Part shown: one piece after another, positions 59,310 to 64,000 of the stretch | How positions within the stretch are numbered: the first letter of the stretch is position 1 | Layout of the letters: each line of letters opens with the position of its first letter | Origin: the human T2T-CHM13v2.0 reference genome, Homo sapiens | DNA: 64,000 nucleotides | Assembly (NCBI RefSeq): GCF_009914755.1 | Contig: NC_060947.1 | Direction: 5' to 3' (one strand) | Translations under genes and position numbers: made by a program | The notes under the pieces: generated by a model | Seen by the model: the letters and a program-made list of their open reading frames with translations, nothing else | What the model was told of the DNA's origin: nothing | Databases searched by the model: none

Positions 59310-59490
59310 TCAAATCTGTCTCAGTATTTATCACTTACTGGCTATGTGAACTTGGGCAAGCCTCCTAATCTCCCTGAGCTTCAGCGTCCTTATCTATAAA
59401 ATGGAGATAACAATTCTTGCCTTTTGTACCTCATAGCATTTTTTTCAAGTATCAATGAGGAAAGTATATATGAAAGTGATTTATAAGCTG
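59310..59490. mobile_element. MIR SINE
   Basis: Core CTGGCTATGTGAACTTGGGCAAG...CTGAGCTTCAG...TCTATAAAATGGAGATAA. Confidence 0.8.
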
Positions 59491-59597
59491 CCATCCAAAT
59501 TAATTTATTTCACAAACAACATCAATAATAGCATTAAAAAGACACTGAGCACTTTCTCTATCCCAGGGCTAAGCTCTTTATATGTATTATTTCTTAT

Positions 59598-61262
59598 TAA
59601 AATTTAATTTTTAATTATAATTGACACATAATAATTGTACATATTTATGGGGTACAATGTGATGTTTCAATGCATGTATACATAGTATAATGAACAAATC
59701 AGGGTAATTATTATATCCATCATCTGCAATATTTATCATTTCTTTGTGGCTTTGTGGCAATAACATTCAAAATCTTCTCTTGTAGCTTTCTTGAAATATA
59801 TATTACATTGTTATTTACTATAGTCACCCTACTGTGTAACAGAAAACCAAAATTTATTCTTCCTAACTGTAGCTTTGTACTCATTGACCAATCTTTCCCA
59901 GTCCTCTCCTCTCCCCTACCCTCCCCAGTCTCTGGTAACCACTATTTTACCCTACTTCTATGAGATTAACGTTTTTAGATTCCAAATATGAGTGAGAACA
60001 TGCAGTATTTCTCTTTCATTGCCTGATTTATTTCACTTAACATAATGTCTTCCAGGTTCATCCATACTGCCACAAATTACAGGATTTCATTCTACTTTAT
60101 TCCTTAATGGTATTCCATTGTATCTATCTATCTGTATCACATTTATATATAGATGTAGATATAAAATTTTTTTCTTTATCCATTCATTTGTAGACAAGCA
60201 TTTAGTTTAATTCCACGTCTTAGCTATTGTGAACACTACTGCAATAAACATGAATGTGCCAATGTCTCTCCAACATGCTGATTTCCTTTGGATATATACC
60301 CAGTAATGGGATTGCTGGATCATATGGTAGTTCCATTATTAGTTTTTTGGGAACTTCCATACTATTTTTTATCATTGCTGTACTAATTTACATTTCCACC
60401 AACAGTATTTAAGAGTTCCCTTTTCTCCACATCATCACCAGAATTTGTTATATTTTGCCTTTTTTATAATAACCATTCTAACTGAGATGAGATGATTTTG
60501 CATTGTGGTTCTGATTTGTATTTCTCTGATAATTAGTGTTGTTGTGTAATTTTCCATATATCTGTTGGCCATTTGTATGTCTTATTTTGAGAAATGAAAT
60601 GTCTATTCAGGTCTTTTGCTCATTTTTAATTGGATAATTTATTTTTTTTTTTGCTGTTGAGTTCCTTATACATTTTGGATATTAACTTCTTATCAGATGC
60701 ATAGTTTGCAAGTACTTTCTCCCATTCTGTAGGTTGTCTCTTCATTTGGAAATGCAAAAGAGCCTGAAGAGCCAAAGCAATCATGAGCAAAAATAAAAAA
60801 ATTGATGTCATTACACTGTCTGGTTTCAAAATATCCTACAAAGCTATAGTAAACAAAACATCCTGATTCTGGCATAAAAACAGACCCACAGGCCAATGGG
60901 ACAGAACAGAGAACCCAGAAATAAATCCATGTATTTACAGCCAAGTGATTTTTTTAATAAAGGTGCCAAGAACACACATGAGGAAAGGACAGTCTATTCA
61001 ATAAATGGTGCCAGGAAAACTGGATATCCACATATGGAAGAATGAAATTAGTCTCTCACCACACACAAAAACCAACTATAAATAGGTTAAATACTTAAAA
61101 GTAAAATCCAAAACTTTGAAACTACTAGAAGAAAATACAGGATAAATGTTCATGAAATTAGGCTGGGCAAGGATTTTTTTAATAGGTCCTCAAAAGCAGA
61201 AGCAACAAAAGCAAATAGACAAATGAGAGTACATCAAACTAAAAAGCTTCTTTATAGCAAAG
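59598..61262 (-). mobile_element. L1MA-type element with 5' inversion
   Basis: Minus-oriented 3' part 59598-~60745 joined to plus-oriented ORF2 segment ~60746-61262. Confidence 0.8.
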
Positions 61263-61494
61263 TAGCATCTCTTTTAATGATAACTAGTATGTTAATAATA
61301 CAAAAGGTGGACATTTATTAAGCAGCATCATGTACTGATCATAGGCATACAGAAACAACAACTTAGATCCTAGACCTTGAGGAGCTCACTGATAGGTGAT
61401 ATTTATAACAGATAAAATGTATGAATAGAAGAAGCTACTAACTCTGCTTGGGTCAAGAAAAGTTTAACAGAAGAGGTACCATCCATTTAAGATG

Positions 61495-61870
61495 GATCAT
61501 ATACACCATGGAATACTATACAGCCATAAAAAACAATGAAATCATGTCCTCTGCAGCAACATGGATACTGCTGGGGGCCATTATCCCAAGCAAATTAAGG
61601 CAGAAACAGAAACTAAAATATCTATATGTTCTCACTTATAAGTAGGAGCTAAACATTGGGTACACATGGACACAAAAATGGAAATAATAAACACTGGGAT
61701 TCTAAAAGGAGGAAGGGAGAAATGGGAGAAGGGCTGAAAAACTACCTATTGGGTACTATGTTCACTACTTGGGCAATGGAATCATTAGAAGCCCAAACCT
61801 CAGCATCACACAGTATACCCATGTAACAAATTTGCACACATCCCCCTGAATCTAAACTAAAAATAAATAA
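61495..61870 (+). mobile_element. Older L1PA (PA15/16-like) 3' fragment
   Basis: ATACACCATGGAATACTA...AAACTACCTATTGGGTACTATG...CCCCTGAATCTAAA. Confidence 0.78.
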
Positions 61871-62184
61871 TTTTTAAAAAGAAAGAAAGGTCATTATAAA
61901 TAAATTGAGGTTTATCAGACAGGAAAAGTGAAGTAAGGGCATTCCAGGGAGAGGTAATGTGTACAAATGCACTGGCATATGAACACACAATATATGTTTA
62001 GGGAATAGTGAAAAATCCAAACCCTTCTAGGCATTTTCCTTGACCCTCTCTCCTACTAACTTTGCCAAGATAATACAGAAGCAAAGATTATATGGCTGAA
62101 TGGATAAAGAATTGGAGAATGGCAAAGCAATTAGCAGAACAAGAAGGGACCATAAAGCTGAAGGTGCTTGGAGAAAATGCTTAT

Positions 62185-63600
62185 AAATCATGTATCAGAT
62201 AAGGGATCTGTATCTAGAATACATATATATGTAAAATATATATATACACATATATGTAATATAATATATATGTGTGTATGAACCCTTACTACTGAGTAAT
62301 AAAAAGATAAACAACCCAACTGAAAAATGGGTAAAGGATTTCTTTTTCTTTTGTTTTGGTTTGTTTTCTTCTTTCCTGGTGACTTGGCACAGAACAAGAA
62401 TAAGATTTTTTTTCTTCCAGAATCACATACAAATGGCCATAAGCATAAAAAAAAAAGATATTCAACATGATTAGCAATCAGAGAAATGCAAATCAAAACT
62501 ACTTCACATCTACAGGGATGGCTATAATAATTTTAAAAAGACAGTTAATAAATGCTGTTAAGAATGTGGAGAAATTAAAACCCTCATGCACTGCCAGTGT
62601 GAATATAAAATGGTGCAGATACTTTGGAAAACACTGGCAGTTCTTCAAAAAATTAGACAGAATTACCATAGGATCCAGTAATTCCACTCTAAGGTATATA
62701 CCAAAAAGAAATGAAAACATGTCCTCACGGACATTTACACATGAATATTCATAGCTTTTATTCATAAAAGCCAAAATGTATGAAAAAAATGCTTATCAAT
62801 GAATGGATACATAAACAAAATATCTACACAATGGAATATTATTTGAACACAGAAAGGAAGGAAGCATGTTATATGCCACAATATAGATGAACATTGAAAA
62901 CATTATGGTAAGTAATAGAAACTAGTCACAAAAGACCACATATTGTATGATTCCATTTATATGAAATGCTCAGAATAGACAGATCTACAGAAACAGAGAA
63001 AAGATAAATGGTTGCTGTATTAATCCATTCTCACACTGCTATAAAGAAATACCTGGAACTGGTCATTTACAAAGAAAAGAAGTTTAATTGGCTCATCATT
63101 CCACAGGCTATACAGGAAGCATGGCTGTGGAAGCCTCAGAAAACGTACAACCATGGCGGAAGGTGAAACAGGCGTATCTGACATGGTGAGAACAGGAGGA
63201 AGAGAGTGAAGGGGGAGGTGCTACACACTTTCAAACAACTAGATCTCTTGAGAACTCACTCACTATCACGAGAACAGCAAAAGGGAAATCCACCCTCATG
63301 ATCCAATTGCCTCCCACCAAGCCCCTCCTCCAACACTGGAGATTACAATTTGACACGAGATTTAGGTAGGGACACAGAGCCAAACCAATCAGTTGCCATA
63401 TTGAGAAAAGAGTTGGGGGCAACTGGGGAGTGACTGCTAACAAATATGGGCTTCTTTTTGAGGTGATTATAATGTTCTACAATTGATTGTGGTGACAGTT
63501 GCACAATCCTGTGAATATACTAAAAGCCATTGATTTGCACAATAAATGGGTGAATTATATGGTATGTGAATCATATCTCAATAAAGCTATTATTTTAAAA
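62185..63600 (+). mobile_element. L1MB-like 3' fragment interrupted by an MST LTR
   Basis: ORF2 C-terminal remnants and TATTGTATGATTCCATTTATATGAAAT...CTCAATAAAGCT 3' UTR. Confidence 0.75.
63016..63391 (-). mobile_element. MaLR solo LTR (MSTA-like)
   Basis: TG...CA ends with 5-bp TSD GTTGC (63011-63015 / 63392-63396). Confidence 0.88.
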
Positions 63601-64000
63601 ACTGAAGGTGCTAGGAAAGTTATCATTCAGTGAATTACCATATGATAGGACAGTAAGAGAAAGATGCTGACAACCTGGAATAATAGGGAGAAGTGAAAGA
63701 ATAGAAGGTTTCCATGAGAAATAACCACAGATGTAGTAGTAGCCAAGGAGTGAGGGAAATGAAATAATCCTTGATTTTACCAATCACTACTTAAGCTAAC
63801 CTTAGTTAATCTTTCTTACTTGAGTAAAAGTCATTTGCCCTGCCAACTCAGTCATGGATTATCCTGGAACTTGTTCAAGATTCTAGGAATCCAAGCCTGT
63901 TAGGTATCAAATGACTTTCTAGGAATTTTCTTTGACAGCCTAGTTTGCTGAAGCCATTTAATGGAGATGAGTAACCTGCTAGACCTGCTCAAGCCAACCG

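Overview
Hominoid (most likely human) genomic DNA, not microbial. The minus strand carries the last five coding exons and 3' UTR of KLHL13 (BTB-BACK-Kelch CUL3 adaptor, X-linked); its upstream exons lie beyond the window. Most of the rest is transposon-derived. An old L1MA-type LINE (1-12.3 kb) hosts a THE1 LTR, an Alu and a full-length L1PA2-like element with intact ORF1 and ORF0 but a dead ORF2. There are also further Alus, L1 fragments, MaLR LTRs, hAT/Tigger DNA transposons and a Y3 RNA retrocopy. The least obvious signal is a heavily decayed ~5.4 kb segment (14.1-19.5 kb, minus strand). Hand translation there gives gag-knuckle, protease, RT, RNase H and integrase-like motifs in Ty3/Gypsy order, suggesting an ancient Gypsy gag-pol fossil. 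This is read by eye from degenerate motifs and needs HMM confirmation. I found no demonstrably new biological system. Repeat subfamily names are from recalled consensus features, not alignments.
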